Positions 21,186-35,000 of a DNA stretch of 64,000 nt are shown here, in pieces. The translations under genes and the position numbers were made by a program. Source of the stretch: Phallusia mammillata (lineage: Eukaryota); assembly GCA_965637545.1 (NCBI GenBank), contig OZ281501.1, positions 6,324,001 through 6,388,000 on the forward strand. The letters run 5' to 3'. Below the pieces are notes generated by a model that was not told the DNA's origin, ran no database searches, and worked only from the letters and a program-made list of their open reading frames with translations. Position 1 is the stretch's first letter. Each line of letters starts with the position of its first letter.

Positions 21186-24100
21186 ACTGACCAAACTTCT
21201 GCTTGAAGCCAAAGACTCGAGAAAAAAGACACTGGATTTTCGACACTTGGCAAGGCTTACTAGTTACTACCTTATGCCATGCTTCTGCAGAATAGAAGTC
21301 GATTTTCCACACACTTACTGCAATCGTTAACACCCGATAGCAACCAAAAAGTAGTGCAAAATTTGGTCGTTAAGGAACACTTGTTTCTCTTATTCATCCC
21401 TAAAAAAATCGCAAAAATCGCAACAAACTGTCCTGTTTTTCCTTCTACTTTCTCCTCGAACGTCTCTAGTAGAGTTATTAGTGTTTAGATTTTACGAATA
21501 GTTCAAGGTGCCTTAAATTTGTCTCTTTTAAGTACCTATTTTAATGTTACGGCGTCACTAAGAGTTATGAAACATCGCGTTTAATTTACCTGCCCAATAT
21601 ACCACAAAAAGATATCTAAACTTTGGCCACACACATCCAAAGTTTCCAATTGTTACTCCAATTTCAAACTAAACTGAGCGTTTAATTTAATAGGCAATAC
21701 TGTGGTTTTACAATAAGTTTTTTGCTTGTTGGAGCATTAGGGTATCACCAACCGCTTTAGGGACGTTAAGTGCCTTGGTTTTGGGTTTGCGGTGCTCGGT
21801 TATGCTTTTCCCTACAGTATTGCACGCTCTATGTATTTCTGCCGCTTCATATATACAAATATATTAATATACATACATTTATATATATACGTAGCGTTTA
21901 AATATATATAGAACGGTATTGCGTAGCCCCTACGAAACAAACTAACTGATTCTGTCGCGCCTATATAACTGTCGTAACTTTAACACATGTGCAACCGTCG
22001 TGAATTTAGCTTGCGCGCAGGGGATGTTTGAGACAGTGCAATTGGTGCCACGTTGGCGGAAGTAGATGGTCTGTTCAATAGCTATAGTGGTGTTGCGCCT
22101 TTGTTCATTGCAAGAGCTTTTTATGTACATACCTTTTTCAGGCCACCCCGCCTCGCCATGACATGTATATAGTTTCTAAAAGTAACTTAAGTTTGGCATT
22201 TGTGCCCCTTAAGTCGAAGACGATATTTCAAATGGTAAATCAATTCAGGAAATTTTGAAAAAAAGGTATAGAATTTTAATAAATAAACTTTAAACAGTGA
22301 AAAAATAATAATCGCGGTTTATCGTATGTTTAACCGGTTTACATAAACAAAACACCCTTCATTGAAAAATTCAAATAACTGCTCTGACTGCCGCGCTAAT
22401 TTGAGGGTTCGCGATTTTGTAGAAAATTCTCTGTGTACATATGTTGCGTTATTTTTCGCGTGTTTTAGTTTTTATAGCGTGCATTGGTTGCATAGCGATC
22501 TCCTATTCCCCATTCTGGTCTGAGCAAAGTGCCCAGACATACGAGTCATGTGCTTATAACGTTGCAATTTTTTCGGCGCTGCTCTATACTGCGAACATAT
22601 GTTTAATTTTATGTGTGCAAGTTTATTCTTAAACGGTGATTTTTGACGAAATGAGTTTTCATCTAAAAAAAACCTTCCTTAAAATATAGTTGAATTCCAA
22701 GGCAAACTTTTAAATCTAAATTCACTGAAGTTAGGTCCCTCGAATTCCGCAAACTTAAACGTGCCCATCTTTCTGGTGCTCCATTTCTAGCTAATTTGCT
22801 GATTTTACTATTCGCGCTACAAGTCCGCTCACTTTAACCCTTACCTATTTACTTTAGACTATTGGTTCGTGTTGGTAAAGCAACCGTGCTAAAAAACAAA
22901 CGCAAACCTATTCACGTATTTGCTAATGCTTGACAAATTTAATCAACGAATAAGTTTAAATTCAATGCGTTTTATGCGATTGTTTTGGTGCCTTTACGCG
23001 TAGTGTATTACAGCAATCCCATGCCCCCAACCAGCCATAAAATAGAATGCGTTGTTTCAGACAACCCATAGATCGCCTATACGGAGCTTAAATACCGTCT
23101 AGTATAGCTAGCTAGACATGAAAACAAAATTGAATCCACTTCATTCTGTAACATAACAAAGAATGAAATCTTACATCAAAGCGTGCAATGGCATGTTTCT
23201 ATGCCTCAAATTACTGAGTACACCTTGAACAAAGCCCTACCAGATCACACCAACCTATACTCGTAATTTTCACACTAACAATGTAAATCTACCCGGCTCT
23301 ATACACCTTCTGACTGCAATGATGTGATTTTACCGCCAAATTTTCATCCCGCTTTCGTGCATTGAATATAGTTTCGTTTCGCTCATCCAGTTCAGTGCCT
23401 CGGCGCAAAAAGCCGGTCGAGGAATAGGGACTTCCCCCAATCCCTTGTGTTGTCGTTATAGCGAATTGTTACTCTTTCGCCAAATGAAAGTTGAATATTG
23501 ATTCTAAAACATGTGAGTGTGTGTTTGTTGGTTCAGTATAAGGTGGAGGAATGTATATTTAAGATTTGCAGGTTTTAGTGGCATTTGTATTTGTGTTCTT
23601 TCAGGCTTCCAAGCATTTAAGTAAAGCATAACATAGGTTATAAAAAGCTGTAGTAGAGATTGCACCCATAAAGGCAACTCTTTGAACTGGGTATCAATGG
23701 AACACCAAAAATAAAATGTAGATTTTTGTATTAAAACAAATAGAAACGTATGGAAGACAATATAATATATGCTGAAAGTTGCGAAAAAATGGCAGTAAGT
23801 GAGATATCGAATGACAGCAGAAATGCTACTCGGCCAGAAATGTCACTAAGCGTTCATAGAATACTTGCGCCGACAAATGGTTTGAGATTTCTTTCGGGCG
23901 CAGCAAACAAAAACTCGAGGCACATATAAAGGAATAAACCCTGAGAAACAAAAAAAAAAAACGACAAGAGAACATTCAGACATGCCTGGTGTTTTTTACA
24001 TATTGGAAGGTTTTTGCAGAAAAGAGTTTCATTCATTTCAACATTAACAGTATTTTTCATGTAGATTCCAACTTCAATGATGGGGTAAGTTTAGTTTTTC

Positions 24101-24335
24101 TAGCTGTACAATCGACTAACTAATATGCTGACACGTTTCTTGATATGCTGATCGGTTGCGGAACATCACAAAAGTAATAAAATATATAGTTACTATGCAA
24201 AAATATAAAACACAGAAAAGTTGGGCTGGGAGCTCGTTCACAGCCCCGGTGCTTGCCAGCCTTGGCAAAAAGCAGTTTCTGTTTGATGTCATTTCAAACC
24301 ATCAGTTGTTACAGTGCTTGTGGAATGGAACTAAA

Positions 24336-24492
24336 TCAGTAAGTAAGCAGTTGCAAAACTTTGCTGATTCTCGAATTAACATTGGCTGAAACGAGGTAAT
24401 GTTCTCCTTGATTGCTTGTAAATTGTTCCCAGTCAGCGCATGGACCAGTGGAGATGTTGTGCACAGGCACAAACTGCTCAACTCCCTGCCAT
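24336..24492 (-). CDS. TSPEAR: TSPEAR last exon (final EAR repeat)
   Basis: WQGVEQFVPVHNISTGPCADWEQFTSNQGEHYLVSANVNSRISKVLQLLTY*. Confidence 0.92.
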
Positions 24493-27400
24493 CTGAAAAA
24501 CGACCGTGTTTATTTTAAGATAAGTTTATATTTTAGTCATGTAACATAAATCAACTAAGATTAAGACTTTCCAAAATAAAACAATGACTTGTGAAATCAA
24601 ATAATGAAAAATGTGTTTGTTAATTGTTTCCCTAAAATAAAAAATATCTCAGCAACATCCCATGAGAGAAAATCGAGAACGTTCGCGCCTGCAGCATTTT
24701 TGTTTTTGTTTGAAATCAGCGGGTTTTGTTGTTTACTGAATTGGTCAGCTTACATTGCTTTGAGAACAACTCTTGTAATCTGAAGTATTATCCTTAAAGT
24801 GGACTGTATGTAAACTGATCACATTTTGCACGAACTTGTTTACCCTTAACATAATTTTCTGTTTTATGCTGGCCTAGTTTAGGTGATGGAAAACGCCATG
24901 ATAGTTACTGAAAGGTTGTTAACTGCTGTTGCCTTCAGGAAAGACTGGCGGTGGACTTTATCCTTTCAAAACTACGTATCAAACTGTTTATTGAAAAACA
25001 ATTCGGCGTCAGCTAAAGTACAAGCACCTAAACAAGGTATTCATTGTTTCCTCTGCTTATAATGTGTATGTGGTATTCAGTAGTGATGCACCGAAGTTTC
25101 GGTTGGCCGAAACATTTCGGCCGAATCCGTTGTTTTCCAATGTTTCGGTTTCGGCCCGAACTTTTTTGAAAACTCGGCCGAAATCGAACTTTTTTGATGT
25201 ATGGAATTCAAGCCTTAAATTTCATTTTCGCCCATACGAAACATCATAAATTAACTATTTGTTGTATTTATGAATTACGAGCCACGTTGTCTGCAAAATA
25301 TTACAAGTTTAGCAAAGCTTACGCATTGTGAAAGTTATTTTGGTTTGTCATAATTGAGGTCACTCGCATCAACAACACAAGTTTCAGTTGAAAACATCCA
25401 TAAGAATGGGGATTTTAGGTTCGGCCTGATTCGGCCGAAATTATTCGGCCTCAAGGCCGAATATTCGGTTTTGGCCCGAACCTTTTTAGGCGGGTTCGGT
25501 GCATCACTAGTATTCAGTACTTGGCAGAAATTGTGCTATGTGACATCTTTACTTTTTGCGTATGACGTCACTGCTGATTTAGTTGGAGGTAAAGACTGGT
25601 CTAGAGATATATATAACATATTCAAAAGGAAGCAATCTCTCATGAGATTCATGTGCTTGTGAGTCGTGACTAGAAACGTAAGAGTATTTAAAAATCAAAC
25701 GGATGTATTGTATTCTATCTACTTTTAGTCTCCTCATGGCCTAATGTTAATTCAGCAGTCGTATGCAAAAATCTCGTTACTTTGAAATTGTGATACACGA
25801 AAAATTGTAACAACGGTTTTTGTCTTAAACCATTGGGTGCAAGTAATTTAGCAGCCTTACCTGTAAACAGTACTGATATGATTTTTGTTGCTATCAGACG
25901 AACTTGCCGCAACTAGATAAGAATCGCGGCCCACAGTGAAAAACTCAAAATCCAAAGCCCTGTAACAAATCGAGCTTGTTACGTCATTGAGCTTCATATG
26001 TGTGATCAATCGAATGGATTAAGATATACTGTACAGGCAGCGAATTGTTTTAATATTTATTGCGCGTGCGTTTAAAGAATAAGGAAAGACCTGATAGAAA
26101 CCAGGTCGTTTTTCAACCAGATATGGGTATGTTTGAACCAAATACGCGATTAAACAATGTAAATTTAGATAAGCAGTATTATAATTGTCGATTGGTCTTG
26201 TTTGTTACGGTTTGTTACATTGTTTAAAAGTCCTTGCTCACCCATGAGTCGGGATAGTTTGGATTTTGGTGAATTGGTTTCTTGCCGGTCCCACTTCGTA
26301 AACAACTGAATCAGCAACATACGAATTAATGCCTGATGTTGTGTTGTAGTAGTTTGCCACAGCTAAAAAGTGACGACCGGATATTGAAAAGTGCTCCCAG
26401 TCGGTGGCACCAGAGGTCTGAAAAAAACAACGATTTTTTTTTACGGTTTGGTTCGAAAATCGTGACGTGCAGTAGCAAACGAAAATTGGGCTCAGTGTTT
26501 TGAAATAAAAAACGTTTTCAGTATCAACATTCTTTTGTCTGCTCTATCAGATGAAATTCAAAATTTACTGTATTTCTTACCTCGACATAATGTAATGGAA
26601 CAAAGTTTGAAAGACGCCAATGGTAAATCACGCTGTCAACATTTGTCCTGAATCCATCGTATGAGTTGGCAGCGGCGAGGTAGTGGTTTGAACCGATTTT
26701 GAAATATTCAAAATCGTAGGCACCTATCGTATCGAGCGACTGCAAATAAAAACACCGAGTTTAAAATTGCATATGTACACATTATATGTAGTGATTCGCC
26801 AAATGAAAAAAATAGACTTTTAAGTTTACTTTAGGCGAAACATCATATATCTGTTCCATAGTAACATCAATCAGTACACACAACTTTAGATCGAGACTCA
26901 CTTGATATTTGCTGAAAATACGTTGAAACGGTTCCCACACCCACACCCAGCTTTTTTCGCGTTGACCTCTTGCTGCAAAAAGTGTAAACAGTGTTGACAA
27001 GGGTAAAATACCTCAGTTGTGCAGAGTTTTTATAGTTGTGCCAGAAGCTGTATAGTTTTTTGAATGTCTGGTAAGAAATGGTAGCGAGAACCCGGTACAG
27101 CATTGCAAAGATTTTAACATTTCCTTTTGCTGCTATCAGTTTAATAAAAGTTGGCAGTAATGTTTGTGACTATAGGCTGCAGAGTTGTAAGTCGTGCCGG
27201 GTTCGGGCTTAGGTTTCTTCTAAAAAACGGGCCTGATTCGGTAGCTATTTGCTGGACCTGACCAAATGTCAAACAGCCTTAAAACGCCGTGTTCAAGACC
27301 AATTTTCCATTGTGGTTGTTATCTTGGTGATTTCTGAGGCTTTAATGTGTAGGCCTGTCAATCAAACTTTCGGGCATAAACGGGCTTATCAAAAACGAAT

Positions 27401-29001
27401 CGGGTTCGGGCCGGGTTTCAGGCTTGTACTTTTGGGTTCGGGCTCCAATTTCAGGTTCGTTTACAACTCTGATAGGCTATACTTTTGAGTCTGAATTTGT
27501 GTTTCTGTAATAATCCTAATCAAGGCACAAACTAACCTCCAGCATAATTTGCCACAACAAGATAGTGTTTGTCATCGATTTGGAAACTTTTCCAGCATCG
27601 AGCTGACATTGTTTGAATGTACTGGAAAGGAACGAAAAGCCTTCGTCTGCGCTCCCATTTAAATATTACACTTTTGGCTGACGGCGAGTTCTCGTCATTG
27701 CCCTGGTTGGCAACGGCCAGAAAATGCTGAAAATGAAAACATTGGTCAGTCAAAAATTTGAGCAGTCAATATAGGCAAACGTATTTATCTATTAAGTGAA
27801 ATTTCTGGCATGAGTGCGCTGGTTTCAATTTAAGTTTTTAACCGCTTTTTTAAAAATTCATTGTATGTGACATGACTTAGAAGCAGAGCTATTTTCGTAA
27901 CTCAAGTACATTGTTCATTACAATACGTGCCTCATTTTCGATTGTGAAAAACTCCCAGTCTCTTGCAGTATCCGTTTTGATACTTTGATGGTGATAAAAC
28001 ACTTTTCTGGATTCATCCCACTTGTATATAGTTGAATCCATGCTTCGGTTTCTGCCCTGGTTTGCAAATGCCAGAAACAAACCTTCCCCTTCTATACTGA
28101 AGACTTCCACGTCAAAAGTTTTGCTTTTAGTTATCAGGTCACTAAAGTCGACAATGTAGTCCAGTTTTTCAGGCTCTACAAAAAAATGTTTTTTAAAGAC
28201 AATGTGAAAAACACAGCCAACACCGGTAAAACAATGGAAATATAGCATGAGTTTAATGATGAAAATAACGGCACAATTAGACGTAAAAAGCGACATGCTT
28301 AATTTTTCAAACGTTTCGGCAATGAACAGATCCGTATATCATGTGTTGTATGGCATATTTGTTTATCTCATAGATTTAGAGGAATAAATTCGAAACATCT
28401 TGGATTTCCTAATATTTTGCGATATAAGGTTTCCAAAAGTGTAATAACGCCTAATGGATACTAGTTACGTAAGTCATACACTTGTATCCCAGACAAAAAT
28501 CATCATAATATTATTATGGCGCAAAACCCGTAAAAAGGGGGCAACTTGACAAACAGGCAGAAATACTTACTGGTTGCAAATCGCTTCCATCTTTCGCCCT
28601 CGCACATTTGAAGGTGACCTACTGAAGGCTTGTATAAGAGCTGACCTTCGTTTGTTGCGTCACAACTTCGCGTTTCGTCTTGGTGGTCGATTTGAACTGT
28701 GGCTGTTCCTGGTAGCGAAGCTGCAAATGTAATTCATTAGTTTTTCACTTATCAGGCCGCTACGTGGCGCCCTTAAGCCTGTCACATAGACAAAACGTCC
28801 GCAAGATACCCGATACTGCTACATCTTTTGGGGTCAGAGATTTGTTAACCTAATCCTTTTTTATTGCCAACTTTATAGACAAATCAATGATCACTTCCTT
28901 TTGTGTCAAACAACTTTAAGTTAAATGCTTAAATCTAGCGTTTTACTTGGTTTGATAATTGAATCGTTGAACACAATTTAACTGTTTTATCGAATAACCT
29001 C

Positions 29002-29041
<40 letters not shown>

Positions 29042-32000
29042 TTTGTCAGTCCTGTTTTGTGGCGTATCTTTTTGCTGTCAAGTTGGTTGTTCTACGAACT
29101 CAGTATGTCGAGAATATGGATTTTTTACGGACAAATACTCACGAATGGTGTCGGCTTTGGCTGCACCGAGCCATGGTGGAAACATGTTGGTTTCAGGTTT
29201 TGAACATAAGTGAATAGAGGCGTCTGCGCCAGGTACGAACTTTACTTGTCTCAGCAAACCCTGTGCAACAATAATTTCTAAATTGGTGGGTGATGGTCGT
29301 TTTAATGTAGATTTTCACCCTACGTTATTTACTGCATTAAACCTTGACAAAAAGGTAAACATTTACAGTTCTTTATGAGTTTGTATGTGATGTGGCATCA
29401 GACTGCACAGAGTTCTACTGAGTCCTATCAAGTAGCTCTGAAACCTGATACCACAGGTGACCACGTGCGTTGGTAAGAAGTGTCCAAGAGTCGCTAGTAT
29501 CTGTGACATCAAGACTCTTACTAGCTTAGTATTGCCACTTCATGTCAGTCTGTCGTCGTTGGGGTGTAAGAGTCTTAAATCCGACTTTTACTAAGGGTTC
29601 GTTGTCAGTTCGTGTCTCCAACGTCTCGCTAGGGGCTGTCAATCAAATCTTACACTGGCTTCACGCATTTTTTTAATATATGCTCAAAATTGATTTTAAA
29701 TGATTGCGTTTCGAACTTTGGATATAGTCTTATGTTGGAATGCAAACTGAATGTAAGACAATTTAAAATAGGTGTTTACGAACTGCCTTCCTCGAATATT
29801 TTATGAAACTAAATTTGTCTCTAAGTGTCCTGTTTTTTTGCCATACGAAATTACATCACCCCAATTTTGATCGTTTTCCTTCAACTTGTACAATACAATC
29901 CCTTTTAGACTTTGTCTTCCTTTCTAGTGTTTCAAGTTGTCAAAAAATGGCATTATAGTGTTAAGACATTCTTCTTGCGCAGTATATCTTTATTTTTGAT
30001 AATATTACAGGATAAAAAGTATGCTGCAAATATTTGTCGAATTTGGTTTGGTTATGAGTGGTTGTTTTCATTCTTTCGCAAACTTTTATCGACTATTTCC
30101 AACTGAACCTTATCTTAATTGTGATCGTTTTCCTTTAACTTGTCCAATAAAAGCGGATCCCCTTTAAACTTGTCTCGACCCATTCTAGCCTAATACGTAT
30201 AAGTGAAACGTCTAGCTCTAAAACCTTGCGCAGTCAATGAACCTGAAATGCAAACGTGCTATTGTACTCAGAACTAAGCCACGTGTAGGGCGGCATACCG
30301 ACTCCTACTTCTTCCGACTGTTGCGACATTAGACTGCTTTCAGGTGCTTCTGAATCCGTTTCATTGTCAGGACCGGAAACACTCACCGTGAAGCGGTTTC
30401 TACGCCGTCTCCGACTTGCAATGTGAAAACGTGAGCCCTGTGTGTTCAATTTGGTCGGGAAAGGTTCCTCCAGATTTCTAAAATAAAAACATAAGCGAAA
30501 GGTAATTTTTGATTTTGATAAAATTAGGAGGAAATAAATCATGTAAATTTGTGCTTTAATGCTTTAAACGATTTAACCAGCCTTAGTTATTATTTCGTTG
30601 GGCAAAAAGATTTTTAAAAGCTTTTATGTATGCTGAAACCTTGTCTAAATCTACATAAGCTCGGTTCAAAAAACATTCAAAACCACTTTGTTATCGCACC
30701 ACCTTGCTGCTTTGGTTGGTTTCCTTTTCTTGTTTCGCCGTATTTGTGCATTAAGCACGAAACACCAAACTATTGTAGTTCACTGTTTACTATTTGTAAC
30801 CCACACATCGGAAAGATACGGTGTTTAACTACACTTTGTATCTGTGTTATTTGAGTAATGCTAGAGCATTAAACACGGGTGTGGCTTTGTAACCTGCTCA
30901 CCAACTCGTAAATGACTTGGCTCATGTTTCTCCGCTTATCGCTTGATGCAGAACGCGTGAGTTTGTACACAATTTTTCGTGCTGAGGTTCAACAAGGAAA
31001 TCACTTGGCCATCGTAAACGTATTTTACGTGTGAAGCGATTCTTTCAAAATACATTTTAAGAGGTTGGTTCGGTCTAGTGCAAAATGTTGAAGCTCAAAA
31101 TAGCTTGTATTGTGGTATAATGTAACCAGTTAGATTGTCCAGTAAACCTGCTTTGAACTATGCACTGTTCCGTCAAATAACTTGACAAAAAATAATTTTC
31201 ATTCCGATGTACAGCAATCCCAACAAACTCAATTCAAAGCAGCGCACAATTTCAATTTCCGCTTAAATCAATATTTCTCCCATTTTTGCAAGTTTTTTTT
31301 ATTGTTTTATTACCACGTTTGTCGGAGATTATAAAAGACAATAGCTTAATACGACGTAGTTTCAACGCATTTCCTTTTTCCGATCATCTCAATTTTCCCA
31401 CCATTTTCCGCCTTGTTTATAGTCTGGGAAGCCGGCGTAACGTACACAATTGTTTCAGCTTACGTCACAGATGGATCATATATTATTCTTTGCCTCTTTT
31501 GTGCTTTGGGTAGATCCCCCTGTTTACATAACAGCGTGGCGCCGGCGTATTAAACCCGCGCCGCGCCAAACCCTATTCTCTTCTGGCAGACGGTGGTCGA
31601 TGACAATAGGCGAAAAGTGGCCTCGTGTTAGGACTTAAACACTTCGATCGCCGGGCCAGGTTACGCCGGCACTTCAAATCAAAGCCAAATGCGAATCCTA
31701 TACCAAAGGGCGCCGGTCCCCAAACGAGAGAGTGACGCCGCCGCAATTCCCTCGCCGCCACGGATAAATTATAATCCAATCGCGGCATGAAAAAAGGTCG
31801 CGATTGAGTTACAAACGAATATCGCTGTACATCTTCAGTGTAATGTCGCGAATTCCAGCGTTAACGCCCTTAAGGTTAATAGCATAGCCACCCCTCGTGT
31901 CAATAAACAGGATATTGATAACCCGCCCAAGTATTGCGTTAGTTTGCACGCGTGCCAGGCGAAATGCCACACTTGGTCTGGAAAAAGAAGAGCTGTGTTG

Positions 32001-35000
32001 TTTGGTGTCGACTTCCCCCAATGAACCAGACAGTTTATTAAACATACGACCGAACGGTTTATTTGGGTAAACATGGCCAGCTGAACTCACTGATGCAAGT
32101 CAAATAGACGGCTGCGTTTTCGATAAATTGCCCGCAGTTAAGACTTTTTACTAATGTCAGCAATTTACAAAAACCTTGTTTGGAGGCACTGCTACAATCT
32201 GTCTTAAATTTAAAGTGTTTGGTATTGTTGTTTTGAACGAATTGTCAAATTGGAACCCAATTCCAACCTTGTGATAATTAATTAATACGTGTACATCTGT
32301 TATAGATTGTTTGTTAAACAGGACAAAAACTTCAAAAGTTTAATCAATTCCTATTTTAACTTTTATCTCTTAATATAAGACATAACTGGATTTAATATGT
32401 GTTTTATTTGGGACTTAAAACCCGTTAAACGTATCATGTATGAAGTAGTAAGTGGTTTAGTGTACAATGTACTCCTTCTGTCGTAATTTTAACGATTATG
32501 TAGCATCATGTAAATCGGCATGCTTGATGATGATCAAGGTACGTCCTACTGACGTGTATTAAAAAGCGATGAGTGACCGTTTGAGAACATCACACGGTGA
32601 ATACTTCGAGCTAAAATATAGGGAGGACAGCGCAATGGGTTTATAACAATACCGTTCCGAAATAGTTTTAAACGCTTAAATAAAAAACAGATTTACTTTT
32701 TGTAATGAAGTATATGGCGACATACATTGATCTGTGTGTTGTTTCTTTGTATTTTCACAAATTTGAACACATATTCATTACTGAGGTCAGCCCTGAAGCG
32801 TTTATGCAGACCAGCGATTGCGATACACTATAAGTAAATCATAGTACGCCAGGTCTATATTAAAGCGCAATATCAAATCATCTCCCAAGCATTTCCATAT
32901 TTCTGAAAATGGTTTATCAATCAAACGGTTTCCATCAGTGTGTTTTGTTATGCCATCGTTTTTTTTTATTTTGCTTGTTAAAAAATATAGGTTTGTGCAC
33001 CAAAATCGAAACACGTACCTTTGCAAATATGATATTAACGGAAATGGAGTACATTTGCCATAATGTATTAGTACAAAGAAGGTTTGAATTTAAAATCAAA
33101 GGAGTCAGCTTCAAATCTTTGCAATTTGATCCGTCTAACTGCCATGTTCCACTTTAGCGTTACTTAGCCATGATTGGCACGCAATTTTAGCGACTCGTAT
33201 TTCCCACGTAATATGGTTAACGATTTCATCATACCGTGCCTGTCGGGAAGCTTCGCTGTCATTTAGTTGTCAGACTCGAAACAGAACTCCAATTGCCCGA
33301 TTTTTTTTCCTATGTCGCAAATGTCTTGAGTGGGTGATATTTTTCGATTACGTCATCTGTGCTTACTACCTATCCAGCCGTGATAAGCGCCACAATTTTA
33401 CGGCGGGTTGTAATTTTGACGGCGTTAAAGCAGAAAAAAAATGCCAGTCTATATTTCGTGGCAACACCATACCTCACGCCAGATCCACATTTGGCTAAAT
33501 TTCGATAGGGTTTCGACACGATTATAAAATTTTACATTGGAAACTAAGTTTTGAAGTTAGTTTTGTTGATTTTTTAATGATAATACCTTACCCCGACCCT
33601 AAAAACCGTATCCGTCAGCATTTTTAAAGGTGTACCGTTTTGTGCTCTTTGTGCCACTAATCGAAATTTAGCTAAATGTATGCCTGCCGTAAGGTACGGT
33701 GTGAGTAGATTTTCCATGTTTCGTACCAACATCTGGTAAAACAACGTTTTCGCAATGATTCGCCATTTACCGCAACTTCACAGGCTTTCCAGGTATGTTA
33801 CGGGTAGTAAATAATTGTAAAGTGCTGTAAAACACCTGTGATTACACGGTTGGAAGAGCCAACATTCTTGTTGTGCATGACAGATAAGTTGACAGTCTCA
33901 AAAACAAGCTGACTCAATGCAGCGAGACGTTTCAACAAACATTATAACCGAGTCCGTTTTCTTCGCACGCCGTCTAGTCCAGGGACCACTCATAACGCCT
34001 TATAACTCTCGTGTTACACTAAAACGCATATCGTGCTGATGTTAACAGACAAAACAGGTGTGCTACAATGTTGCCAATGTAGTTACAGGCTGATTTAACA
34101 GGGTTTCCTGTTTTAAACACTAAAATCGTGGGCGCACATCCTCTATTTTAAACCCCTAGGGACCGCTTGTGATTCACACCATGATAAAATGGCCCTTCGG
34201 TTGGGTTAAATTGATCATGGAGGCATAATATGGAACGTCGCTTTTAAGATTATGGTTCCACGCGGGGCGCCTGTTCGTCACCTAAGGCGGCGCTATGACG
34301 TAATGCAAACCATTCAAAAGCGTTGGAATTTAATTTTGATGGAAGTTTTGAGTCGACGGGATGCTGCGACTTAATTCATCACCCCGTTGACAAAACTCCT
34401 TTTAACACCCAAGTCACATTGATGATTAATAAATCCGAAAAGGAACACAGGGAAAGTGGGATTATGTTGGGTTCCCGTGCCGTACACACAGTTGTTCGTG
34501 TTTTGTTATTAGCATCCTGACCGTCGTAACGTTGGTCGCTGGATTTTTTCCAAACAACCAAGAATTTTTTTGTCTGAAAGGGGCTTTACTGCTTCATATG
34601 TCTTATGTCGTCATTGTTTTACCTTGTGTTTGCGTCTATTAGGCATTGTAGAGGTATTTTGAGAGAGATTGGTCTGAGCTTTTCGGAAAGGTTTGGGCTC
34701 AAGTGTTAAAAATGGGCTATAGATTTAGAACCTAATTTACGCTCTAGCACAGTGGTCGGCAACCGCCGGTCCGCGGCCCGGTACCGGTCCGCGAGGAGTT
34801 ACCGGGCCGTATAATTTTTCAGGTTAAATGCCATGAACATTTTGCCCATGTATTTCGGGGATGATAAACTAATTTAAGCGTTTTTATTGCTAAATATTTG
34901 TAGTTTTTTATGACCGGTCCGCGGTAAACTTTTCATTTCAAAAGCGGTACGCAGTACAAAAAAGGTTGCCGACCCCTGCTCTAGCACATTTCCACCGTAA

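Noticed and set aside
29002-29217. Three YIYIYI-containing ORFs
   Set aside because: Microsatellite artefacts antisense to a TSPEAR exon.
32525-32590. Box C/D snoRNA-like motifs (ATGATGA, CTGA, GATGA)
   Set aside because: Terminal D box is TTGA, no terminal stem, antisense to the host intron, no recognisable guide.
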